Assembly: GCA_963663475.2 (NCBI GenBank)
Contig: CAXXJV010000001.1
Coordinates: forward strand, 2,510,578 to 2,574,577
Source: Candidatus Cloacimonadales bacterium
GTDB lineage: Bacteria; Cloacimonadota; Cloacimonadia; Cloacimonadales; JAFGVF01
Direction of reading: 5' to 3'
Length of the DNA stretch: 64,000 bases
The stretch's first letter is position 1. The number at the start of each line of letters is the position of its first letter. Shown here one piece after another: positions 8,770 to 17,232 of the stretch. A program made the position numbers and the translations under genes. The notes beneath the pieces were generated by a model that ran no database searches, was not told where the DNA came from, and saw only the letters and a list, made by a program, of their open reading frames with translations.

Positions 8770-8895
8770 TTACTTGTTTTTTCTGTTCAACCAATCTGAT
8801 AGATTACCTGATGTGACCTCAATAGTATTCGTAAACTCGGAACGCTTTATATCAAGAGCATTTACGAACATTAACAGCCTATCTTTTATATCCAT
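8770..8895 (-). pseudogene. XRE-type HTH fragment (41 codons), separated by one frameshift from the S24 domain ORF
   Basis: AGGAG-N6-ATG; MDIKDRLLMFVNALDIKRSEFTNTIEVTSGNLSDWLNRKNK*. Removing one A from the A6 run (forward T6 at 8777-8782) fuses it to ..KTSKPPATAMARINERYGLNLNWLLTGKG. Confidence 0.7.
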
Positions 8896-8930
8896 TTAAT
8901 CTCCTATCTTTTATATCCATTTAATCTCCT
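8881..8930 (-). repeat. Perfect 25-bp tandem duplication covering RBS, ATG and the first five codons of the repressor gene (plus a degenerate third unit to ~8950)
   Basis: atcttttatatccatttaatctcct appears twice (8881-8905, 8906-8930). On the coding strand this reads AGGAGATTAAATGGATATAAAAGAT x2. Confidence 0.9.
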
Positions 8931-8949
8931 ATCTTATATATCATTCCAT

Positions 8950-9052
8950 TTCGCATTGTTGCACACTGATGCGTTGGACTGAAACTTTTCCTTGACTACT
9001 TTCGCATATTTTGCTTTATAGATTTAGTAATCATTATTTGCAACATTGCGAA
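8950..9052. promoter_or_regulatory. Three operator-like sites in the divergent repressor / Cro-like intergenic region
   Basis: TTCGCATTGTTGCA (8950-8963,+), TTCGCATATTTTGC (9001-9014,+) and TTCGCAATGTTGCA (reverse complement of 9039-9052). The core GCAA-NN-TTGC is palindromic. Confidence 0.55.
8992..9020 (+). promoter_or_regulatory. Candidate sigma70 promoter of the Cro-like gene
   Basis: TTGACT(8992-8997)-N17-TTTATA(9015-9020). The spacer is occupied by operator-like site 9001-9014. Confidence 0.4.
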
Positions 9053-9081
9053 CAATGTCAATAAAAATTTAGGAGGTTCGA

Positions 9082-9324
9082 ATGAGATCACCATATCATC
9101 CTGCTGTAATAAGATCAGCTATGACGCTTAAAAGACTCACAACAAAGGCATTAGCCGAACGCTTATTCATCTCCAGAAGATCATTAGATTATTTTATTAA
9201 TGAAGGAATACATATAAGAAAAGCAGAAGATGTCTTAGAAATTCTTCAACCTGAGCTTGATGAGATAAGTGAAATTTATCGCAAACACACTAACATAGAA
9301 GTCGAGAGTTGCGAAAAGAGGTAA
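9082..9324 (+). CDS. Small HTH DNA-binding protein (Cro/excisionase-like), divergent from the S24 repressor
   Basis: AGGAGG RBS 6 nt upstream. Helix-turn-helix-like LTTKALAERLFISRRSLDYFINEG. Confidence 0.6.
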   Translation: MRSPYHPAVIRSAMTLKRLTTKALAERLFISRRSLDYFINEGIHIRKAEDVLEILQPELDEISEIYRKHTNIEVESCEKR

Positions 9325-9385
9325 TGATGGAATACAAAGAACTAACAGTTAACAACAAGAGTTTAACTAGGAAAATATCCAGTTA

Positions 9386-9646
9386 ATGAGTTATGTAGGA
9401 TTAAAAAATTTAAATACAATCCTGATGGTCGCAGTTGATATAATATACTCTGCTATAAAATATTTAGATGAGCTATTATACTTATACCCAGAATTTGGAA
9501 ATTTGAAAGAACAGACATATAAATATGTATATTATAAGCTTAGCAGAGTCATAAAACATATATTCAGCAATACAAAACTTAACAAGATTTTACCCTGCAA
9601 AGGTGAATATCATGACAAGTTACAGCTGAAGATCAATTTTTCTTAA
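9386..9646 (+). CDS. Hypothetical 86-aa protein
   Basis: ORF only; chained to upstream ORFs through TAATG overlaps. No recognisable motif. Confidence 0.35.
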   Translation: MSYVGLKNLNTILMVAVDIIYSAIKYLDELLYLYPEFGNLKEQTYKYVYYKLSRVIKHIFSNTKLNKILPCKGEYHDKLQLKINFS

Positions 9647-9683
9647 AAAAAATGGGGGTATGCCAAAAATTACTAAAAATTAC

Positions 9684-9713
9684 TTGACATTACTAGAACA
9701 TACGGCTTAAATA
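9684..9713 (+). promoter_or_regulatory. Candidate sigma70 promoter of the FG-GAP gene
   Basis: TTGACA(9684-9689)-N18-TAAATA(9708-9713). Confidence 0.4.
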
Positions 9714-9810
9714 TCTTTAGCATATTTACTAGGATTTTGTTTACAGAAATTTAACAGAAGATGAGATTTTGCCAAGTGGTAAGTTTTTAACTTAAAAATA
9801 AGGAGTATCT

Positions 9811-11427
9811 ATGAGAAAATTTGTACTATTAATTCTATTGTTGCTGACCGCAATTCTACAACTATACGCAGACAACGAACTAGAACCTTGGATTACCCTT
9901 AGTGGAGAGTGGGCTCCATCCTGGTTTGGGAAACACATGGCAGTATTAGACTTTAATGCAGATGGTATAGATGACTTAATCGTTTATCATATTGGAGAAT
10001 ATGGTGTTTATCATGGAGCTTTAAATATCTACTTTGGTGGAAGTAATTTCGGTAATGAACCTGATATGGTAATAGAAGGAGATCATGTTGGTCATTTAAG
10101 AGAAGGTGTCTTCTACTGCGGAGATGTTAATGGTGATGGCTATGATGATTTTATAAGTCATGCTTTTGTTCATAGTGATGGTGTTGGAGACCCGAATGAT
10201 TACGCCTTTCGCTACTACTTTGGTGGACCCAATCCTGATATTGAAGTTGATCAAGAATTTTCATATAGTGATAATGATCAAGATTGGTATGGGATAAGAA
10301 CCTGTTTAGGAGATGTTAATAATGATGGTTATGATGATATTGGGCTTAAAAGATTTGAGGGTAATGGTTATCCTTTAAAGATATTACTTGGTAATACGCT
10401 TGAACTTGTGGAAATTATTCCTGCTGAAGAGTCAACTCTTTTTTTCCCTAATATTGAACCTATGGGAGATATCAACAATGATGGTATAGCTGATTTCTCA
10501 GTTGGTTATGGATATGAAGCACATGGTACGGAACATCAACATACAAGAATATTCTATGGAGGAGAAGATTTTACAACTAGTTTTATTGACTACAAACACT
10601 ATGTTAATTCCGAATACATGTTTAAAGGGGCAAAGACTATTGGTGATTTTAATGGGGATGGATTAAATGATTTTCTTTTTCCAGTACCAAATAATGCGTC
10701 AAACGACTATTATGCCTTAGCCATACGAGCTGACGAGATACTAGAGTCAGATGAACTTCATGTAGAACAATTTTATTATGACCAACCTTTACTAGACGCT
10801 TCTAGACCTATGTCCTACACTATAGGTTACGGAGACTTTAATGGTGATGGTTTTAGTGATTTTGTTGGTTCTAATATGGAATATGCTATAGATGATGGAG
10901 CTGCCGGAATCTGGTTTGGCAGGGCAACCCCAAACGGAGATTGTGATATTAGATTAAATAGTCCAACTGTAGTTCATCAATTTGGCTACAAAGTTAAAGT
11001 TGGAGATTTTAATGGTGATGGATTGGATGATATTGCTATCTCTTCTCCTCACCGAGCAGGTTCTTTAGAAGATGGATTTAATGGAGAAGTTTATATTTAT
11101 AAAGGATCAGTTGATTTAGCTGATACGGCTGTAGCTAATAGTGACCAAGAAGTTGAAGAAAATCATGGTATAAGATTAAATATCTACCCGAATCCTTCTA
11201 AATCTAGTATGGATATTAAGTACACTATTAAAGGTTCCTTAAGTAGAGATATTTCGGGTACACAGCTAATTATCTACAACATTAAAGGTCAAAAAATTTA
11301 TTCAACAAGTATTAATAGTAAAGATAACACAATTAGCATACCTCAAGTCCCATCAGGATGTTACATTGCTGAAATTAAAGAAAACAATAAAGTCTTGGCT
11401 TCTAGTAAGTTTAATTTAATAAAATAA
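9811..11427 (+). CDS. Secreted FG-GAP/VCBS-repeat protein with T9SS-type C-terminal sorting domain
   Basis: AAGGAG RBS and signal peptide. Repeated GD(V/F/I)NGDG(Y/L/F)(D/S)D motifs. C-terminal LNIYPNPSKSSMDIKY..IYNIKGQKIY. Confidence 0.8.
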   Translation: MRKFVLLILLLLTAILQLYADNELEPWITLSGEWAPSWFGKHMAVLDFNADGIDDLIVYHIGEYGVYHGALNIYFGGSNFGNEPDMVIEGDHVGHLREGVFYCGDVNGDGYDDFISHAFVHSDGVGDPNDYAFRYYFGGPNPDIEVDQEFSYSDNDQDWYGIRTCLGDVNNDGYDDIGLKRFEGNGYPLKILLGNTLELVEIIPAEESTLFFPNIEPMGDINNDGIADFSVGYGYEAHGTEHQHTRIFYGGEDFTTSFIDYKHYVNSEYMFKGAKTIGDFNGDGLNDFLFPVPNNASNDYYALAIRADEILESDELHVEQFYYDQPLLDASRPMSYTIGYGDFNGDGFSDFVGSNMEYAIDDGAAGIWFGRATPNGDCDIRLNSPTVVHQFGYKVKVGDFNGDGLDDIAISSPHRAGSLEDGFNGEVYIYKGSVDLADTAVANSDQEVEENHGIRLNIYPNPSKSSMDIKYTIKGSLSRDISGTQLIIYNIKGQKIYSTSINSKDNTISIPQVPSGCYIAEIKENNKVLASSKFNLIK

Positions 11428-11437
11428 GGAGTAAAAA

Positions 11438-14400
11438 ATGAAAAGGTTATTTGTAACAGTATCACTTGCAATATTTGTTTTAAGTTGTTGGTCATCAATT
11501 AGAGATGATTTCCTTATTGGTAATTATGGCTACATTCATCCAGCTTATGGAGAAACTTCATATACTAGATTGTTCACTTTAATGCAAGAAGCCAACTATA
11601 ATTCATCAATTTGTTCGCCGGTAAAACTTACCCAGTATCCATGGGGAGATTTGAGTACAATGTTAAGTAAAATGGAGCAATGCGATTTAACTCCAATTCT
11701 TTATGATAATTATACTAATTATTCCAATGGTGTGATAAATGAAATAAGCCCAAGAAATCTTTCCATGGGTATATATGCAAAATTCGAAGCTGAGTTTGAT
11801 AGTAGAGAAGATAACAATATTCCTGAAAGTGATAGGCATATAGAAGAGAATAATGACATTTACCATTATCATTTTGATATTGATAGAATTGGGGCTATAA
11901 ATCAAGCATTCGGAAGAAGATTCCTGTTTTGTTCACCTACTACAATGACAGAAGATGTTATTGTTGATAATTTAAGGCATAGGTGGAAAAATCACAAAAA
12001 TGGTGTTGATGGAGATTTTATTGATAATGCTGATTATTTACCTTACAAGGAAGCATTTGAATTCTCTAATGGTAGTGATGAATTAAATTATATCCAGTAC
12101 AATAAGTTATATATGACAGTTTGTTATAAGGTTAGTTCAGACACCTCTTCTGCTTTAAAATTTGGTCTAAAGTTACTTAACATTGATGCCAACGATAATG
12201 AAGAGTGGTATTTTAAAGAGATTAGAAATACCATGAATAATGATTATGGAAACGTGTTGACCTATACAGCACAGGAACTTAATGACCCTGCAATAACATA
12301 TGTAGACACATTGGAATTTTCAGATTTTAGGAAGATAACTTTCGAGTTAGAATTGTCTAGTTTGTTGGATGGAGAAATTAATAGTCGAGACAATGATGAT
12401 AGTAGATCATATCTATATAACTTTCATAGCAGAAAAAGATTAAATGGCATAACCCCATACATATACTGGGAAGGTAATCATGATGTTAGAATCGATTATA
12501 TTGAGTTTGAAGATGACGTACATAAACAAATTGTGGATGGCGTGGCACTTGATGCTTTAGAAAATAGATTAAATAAATACTCCTCAGTACATAATCACTA
12601 TACTGTAGATGAGCCCAAGTTTACTCACTTTGATTCTCATAAATTGATAGATGAAAGACTTAATAATTATAACATAATCACAACTAATTGGCCAATAAAT
12701 TTTAAAGAGAAAAAACCAAATAATACTAGATATTTTCATCCAGGGCAATTTGTAGAACAAGCCCAACCTGATGATTTAATGATAGATTTTTATCCACTAA
12801 AACCTGACGCTAATTGGAATAATATTGATGATGATAATTTTGTTCAATTCCTAATAGATTGGTGGGCTTGTGCAAACTATAGAAGAGCAAAACATAAAGC
12901 TGAAGATAGACCATTTTATGTTGTGCCTTGTACTGCTGGTAAATGGGATAATCGTTTTAATATATGGGTAGGATATCAATATCCGACGATCAACATGATT
13001 AAATGTCTGCAATATTTACCTCTCTGTTATGGGGTTGATGGAATAATAGATTTTCCATTTTATAAAGATACTACATTTAATGATAATGACCCTGAAGATA
13101 ATGGTCATCGCTGGTATGCCCTAGTTAATGATGATGATAATGATTCCATTCATCCTAATGGACGGCATATTACACCACAATACTATGCAATAAAAGAAGC
13201 CAATGAAAAAGTATATAGATATGGAAATATTCTTAAAGATTTAACATGGCTAGATGCTACTACTATTAAAGCAAATGGTATTCAAGCTCTAGATTCTGAA
13301 ATCTATATTATTGGTCAAAATCAGGAAGAAGGTGAAGATAAACCCCTTAATAATAGTATCTATAAATACTTCCCAACTGGAGGAATAAAAACTTCTAGTA
13401 TTGGGAATAATAATGATAGAGACACCTATAATGGCTACATTCACATCGGATTGTTTGAAGACGAATATGGTCATCAGAAGTATATGCTTGTGAATAGGCG
13501 TACTGATTTTGTTGAAGATAGTAGTGGCTTAATGAATACTTTAAACCCTGATATATTAACTTCAAGATATGAAGATCAAGTATCATTTTTCCAAGCTTCT
13601 CCTCAATGTGTAAATTTTGATTTAGATTATGCAACTGAGGATTTTAATAATTCATTCGGTTCTCATGTTGCCCTATATGATCCTTATTCAAAAGAAATTT
13701 ATCGACCTAACTCAGAAAATGTAATAAGTGTTGAACTTAAACCTGGAGAGGGTAAAATGTTAGAATTTGTAAATTATCTATCTGGGGATATAACGATTTC
13801 ACCTTTGCCATATTTAGATGGACATTATGTGATAGGTGACACGTTAAATATTGATGATAATGTTAGTCTATCATTTTCTCCTGAGTCAAGAGTATGTATA
13901 AAAGATAGTACAATAATTAATATCTGCAAAAATGCAAAGCTATCATTAAGTGGAAGTGTAGAAATAAATAGTACCATAAATGCTGATTCTTTAGCAACAC
14001 TTGAATTACTTAATACTTATAAATGTTTATTAGGAGATGGAGTTAAGTTAAATGCCAATAACGGAACAATTATAATTGAAAACTCTTCACTAGAAGCTAT
14101 AACAGATAAATGGGGCGGTCTATATTCTGATAATTTAGCAAATTTAAATAGTTGTATTATAATTAAAAATAGTGAGTTAAAACAATTTAGTAATCTTAGT
14201 ATGCACAATGGATTTCTGACTATTCTTGATGATAGTAATCTGTATTTTACTCAAAGGTATACTGTTCTTAAAAATGTTACAACTAACATCCATAATTCAA
14301 TATTAAACTTTGAACACAATGGATTTCGTTATTTTAACTCAAATTTGGAAGGAAACATATATATAACTAACACACAATTTAATGGTTCTTCAAATCTGAA

Positions 14401-16075
14401 AGCCATTGAACTTTCAGGTTCTGTTTTAGGTCTTGTAGTTTTAGATGGTGTAACCTTTAACAACTTTAATAAAGGAATAAATATTGTGAGTTTTAATAAT
14501 TCACCCTCATATTTTGAAAATATAGTGATTGCTGATTGTGAATTTAACAATTGCGATAGTGGAATATTGCTCACCGATTCACCTTCTTTTGGACAAATCA
14601 ATATAAACACAACTGCATTTAACAATATTGATGATGAAGGAATTGGAGTATATATATTCAATACTAATACAAGCGTCAATATAGATAGCTGTTCATTTTC
14701 TGGTAATGGTACAGGAATATCTACTACTGGTATATCTCCATTTATTTCTAATTCCATATTTTCTAATTTAACAGTAGGTGTTAAAGAAGAATTAACAATT
14801 TCAAATACTGTAGCTAAGATAAAAGATTGTACTTTTAGGTATTGTGATACTGGATTTGAAGGTAGAGAATCCACAACAAGATTGGAAGAGAATACTTTTC
14901 AAGAAAATATAACAGGTATCAAATCTCTAACAAATTCAGTTTTAGATATTTCTTATAATGCTTATAATATTTTTGATAATTCGATTAGAAATTTATATTT
15001 TCCAACAGATGAACCCAATGACTATTTAATAAAGTGTTTAAAAGGGCATAACGATTTCTACCATAGATTTTCTCCACCAAATACACTAGCAAATGATTTT
15101 GATTTTACTGTACCTATTATGAATAGGATTGGTATAGATGCAAGTTATAATTGGTTCTCAACTTCTACAGTGAGAGTTGCACCAGCATCAATGTCTAATT
15201 ATGTTTCGGTTAATGAATTCGATCCTGTCTCAAATTCTTTTTACCCACCTTCTATAACACCCGATAGATTTTATGAAGCCCTATGTGAAGAAAATAGTGG
15301 TTATAACTTAGAAGCATATCTAATATATAAATTAATTTTAGATGAAGCTATACCAACTGAGAGTAGTCTCTGGGCTAGTTGTGTTGATGGTATTTATAGA
15401 AACTCTTATATTATTGGTATTGATATTTTAGAAGTTGATAGCTATATGGAAGATAAAGTAGAACAATTTTCATCTATTGATAACTCCTTATCAGAAATGA
15501 TTGACAACTATATAATGAGAGTTCATTTACTTTACAAGAATTACAATGAGGTTATAACTATTCTCGAGAATAGAATTAATTGTCCAACTTCTGAAATTGA
15601 CTCTCTTAGTGCTGTACTTGATTTAGAGATAGTACTAAAATTGGCTAACGCTTCGCAAGGTAAATCTGAGGTTAATACAACTTTTGCTCAATATAAATAT
15701 AAGACATTTGAGAAGTTCGAAGAAGAACATGCAAAGCATTGGGACATATATAATGATATGACAAAAGATGATGAATCAGATTATAATGTTCTTCCTCCTA
15801 ACAAGCTTAATCTATCTAACTACCCAAATCCTTTTAATCCTGAAACGACTATCATGTTTGGTTTACCTGAAGATAGTGACATAGAGATAAAGATATACAA
15901 TCTAAAAGGACAAGTTGTTAAAAAACTTGTAAAAGATCACTTTAAAGCAGGCTATCATGCTGTTGTTTGGAATGGTAAGAATGATAGTAATCAAAAAGTT
16001 GCTTCTGGTGTTTATCTAACAAGAATAACTTCTAAAGAGAAAACTAAAACTAAAAAGATAATGCTTATGAAATAG
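11438..16075 (+). CDS. 1545-aa secreted protein: unknown N-terminal half, parallel beta-helix-like repeat region, T9SS-type/FlgD-Ig-like C-terminal domain
   Basis: AAGGAG RBS and signal peptide. Asn/Ile/Ser-rich ~22-aa periodic region at about aa 800-1180. C-terminal NYPNPFNPETTIMFGL..IKIYNLKGQVV..WNGKNDSNQKVASGVYL. Confidence 0.8.
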   Translation: MKRLFVTVSLAIFVLSCWSSIRDDFLIGNYGYIHPAYGETSYTRLFTLMQEANYNSSICSPVKLTQYPWGDLSTMLSKMEQCDLTPILYDNYTNYSNGVINEISPRNLSMGIYAKFEAEFDSREDNNIPESDRHIEENNDIYHYHFDIDRIGAINQAFGRRFLFCSPTTMTEDVIVDNLRHRWKNHKNGVDGDFIDNADYLPYKEAFEFSNGSDELNYIQYNKLYMTVCYKVSSDTSSALKFGLKLLNIDANDNEEWYFKEIRNTMNNDYGNVLTYTAQELNDPAITYVDTLEFSDFRKITFELELSSLLDGEINSRDNDDSRSYLYNFHSRKRLNGITPYIYWEGNHDVRIDYIEFEDDVHKQIVDGVALDALENRLNKYSSVHNHYTVDEPKFTHFDSHKLIDERLNNYNIITTNWPINFKEKKPNNTRYFHPGQFVEQAQPDDLMIDFYPLKPDANWNNIDDDNFVQFLIDWWACANYRRAKHKAEDRPFYVVPCTAGKWDNRFNIWVGYQYPTINMIKCLQYLPLCYGVDGIIDFPFYKDTTFNDNDPEDNGHRWYALVNDDDNDSIHPNGRHITPQYYAIKEANEKVYRYGNILKDLTWLDATTIKANGIQALDSEIYIIGQNQEEGEDKPLNNSIYKYFPTGGIKTSSIGNNNDRDTYNGYIHIGLFEDEYGHQKYMLVNRRTDFVEDSSGLMNTLNPDILTSRYEDQVSFFQASPQCVNFDLDYATEDFNNSFGSHVALYDPYSKEIYRPNSENVISVELKPGEGKMLEFVNYLSGDITISPLPYLDGHYVIGDTLNIDDNVSLSFSPESRVCIKDSTIINICKNAKLSLSGSVEINSTINADSLATLELLNTYKCLLGDGVKLNANNGTIIIENSSLEAITDKWGGLYSDNLANLNSCIIIKNSELKQFSNLSMHNGFLTILDDSNLYFTQRYTVLKNVTTNIHNSILNFEHNGFRYFNSNLEGNIYITNTQFNGSSNLKAIELSGSVLGLVVLDGVTFNNFNKGINIVSFNNSPSYFENIVIADCEFNNCDSGILLTDSPSFGQININTTAFNNIDDEGIGVYIFNTNTSVNIDSCSFSGNGTGISTTGISPFISNSIFSNLTVGVKEELTISNTVAKIKDCTFRYCDTGFEGRESTTRLEENTFQENITGIKSLTNSVLDISYNAYNIFDNSIRNLYFPTDEPNDYLIKCLKGHNDFYHRFSPPNTLANDFDFTVPIMNRIGIDASYNWFSTSTVRVAPASMSNYVSVNEFDPVSNSFYPPSITPDRFYEALCEENSGYNLEAYLIYKLILDEAIPTESSLWASCVDGIYRNSYIIGIDILEVDSYMEDKVEQFSSIDNSLSEMIDNYIMRVHLLYKNYNEVITILENRINCPTSEIDSLSAVLDLEIVLKLANASQGKSEVNTTFAQYKYKTFEKFEEEHAKHWDIYNDMTKDDESDYNVLPPNKLNLSNYPNPFNPETTIMFGLPEDSDIEIKIYNLKGQVVKKLVKDHFKAGYHAVVWNGKNDSNQKVASGVYLTRITSKEKTKTKKIMLMK

Positions 16076-16151
16076 TATCATATGATACCATGAACTATAG
16101 AATCCTGTTATAAGGGGTTTTATAAGGCATGATTAATATGATAAATAAATT

Positions 16152-16177
16152 AAAGGCACGGCGCTAGTCGTGCCTTT
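16152..16177 (+). terminator. Hairpin terminator after the 1545-aa gene
   Basis: aaaggcacg-gcgctagt-cgtgccttt; weak T tract. Confidence 0.55.
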
Positions 16178-16262
16178 CTATAATTAAAACACTCTTGAGT
16201 TGATTATCCCTAGCTCGTTGATTTTTATATTTAATTAACTCAAAGTTCAGCTTAAGTGAAGA

Positions 16263-17045
16263 ATGACCATAATCTATATAGTTAAGATATTTCAGTCCGT
16301 TGATATCATAGATACGCAGATAAAATCAGCTCATGATTCTATTGCTAATCACACAGGTTTAGGCAATAACAAACACACAGCATCTCAAGTTAAGACAACT
16401 GATGGTTCTGATGTTGAAACTAAACTAGCAACACTATTTTCAAGTAAAGCAGATAATGGTCACACTCATGATTATGCTAATTCAAGTCATGCCCATAGCA
16501 CTGATAATATTAAGAATAATGAAGGCACATCACTAACCTCAATCTTAAGTCAAAATGATTCAAGGCTAGCTAGCGTAGAAAATACTCTCAAGTTCTTAGA
16601 TCCTGATTTAAGCAGTGTTACTGTATCTGCTTTCATTACTAATCAAACAAGTGGTATTAGAATTATGTGTAGCGTTATGCCATTGATTAACATACACAAC
16701 TGGAATATAAGAATAATAAAGGCTGGTAGAACCTTAGCTGAAGTAACTAGTGCTAGTTCTTTTTTCTTTATAGCAGAAGACTCTTTAGATGGTATTATTG
16801 ATGGTGATACAGTAGATATCATAGTTACAGCTTTTTCAGGTCAGAGTAGTCAAACTACAACCTATTCTCACAAATATGAGCACATAAGTTCTAATGTTGA
16901 AGAACGACTAATAAGTATTGAACACCAGTTAACTATTGGTAATATTATCTTTAAAAATGGAAGCTACGCTGTCGCTACAAGGAAAAAACCTATGTCAATG
17001 TATAGTAGAGTAGAAGCTTACCTAGTTTCTTTTCCTCATTTATAA
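16263..17045 (+). CDS. Orphan phage-tail-fibre-like protein (start uncertain)
   Basis: KHTASQV and GHTHDYANSSHAHS His-x-His motifs resemble tail-fibre repeats. No convincing RBS at the annotated ATG. Confidence 0.4.
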   Translation: MTIIYIVKIFQSVDIIDTQIKSAHDSIANHTGLGNNKHTASQVKTTDGSDVETKLATLFSSKADNGHTHDYANSSHAHSTDNIKNNEGTSLTSILSQNDSRLASVENTLKFLDPDLSSVTVSAFITNQTSGIRIMCSVMPLINIHNWNIRIIKAGRTLAEVTSASSFFFIAEDSLDGIIDGDTVDIIVTAFSGQSSQTTTYSHKYEHISSNVEERLISIEHQLTIGNIIFKNGSYAVATRKKPMSMYSRVEAYLVSFPHL

Positions 17046-17232
17046 ATTTTAATAATTAATATAGTAGTAATGCATAGACTTTTTTGAATAAGATAATCAA
17101 TATTAGCATTAATGGACTCTTGAAAATCTATTAAGTCAAAGTGATTTTATATTATCATTATGATTAATTTTCTTGCAAAATCAAATTTTGTATTTATTAT
17201 AAAAGTATCATGAATATTAAATAGGAGAAAAT

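Noticed and set aside
14329-14874. 181-aa antisense ORF inside the 1545-aa gene (and similar antisense ORFs at 11687, 12584, 13289, 13395, 14017, 17802, 23117, 24625, 25051, 25803, 28016, 33398, 35747, 37735, 41549, 42168, 43078, 51331, 55618, 56343, 57032, 61320)
   Set aside because: All lie opposite well-supported longer genes with clear motifs. None has a recognisable motif or RBS. Long antisense ORFs are expected opposite codon-biased AT-rich genes.
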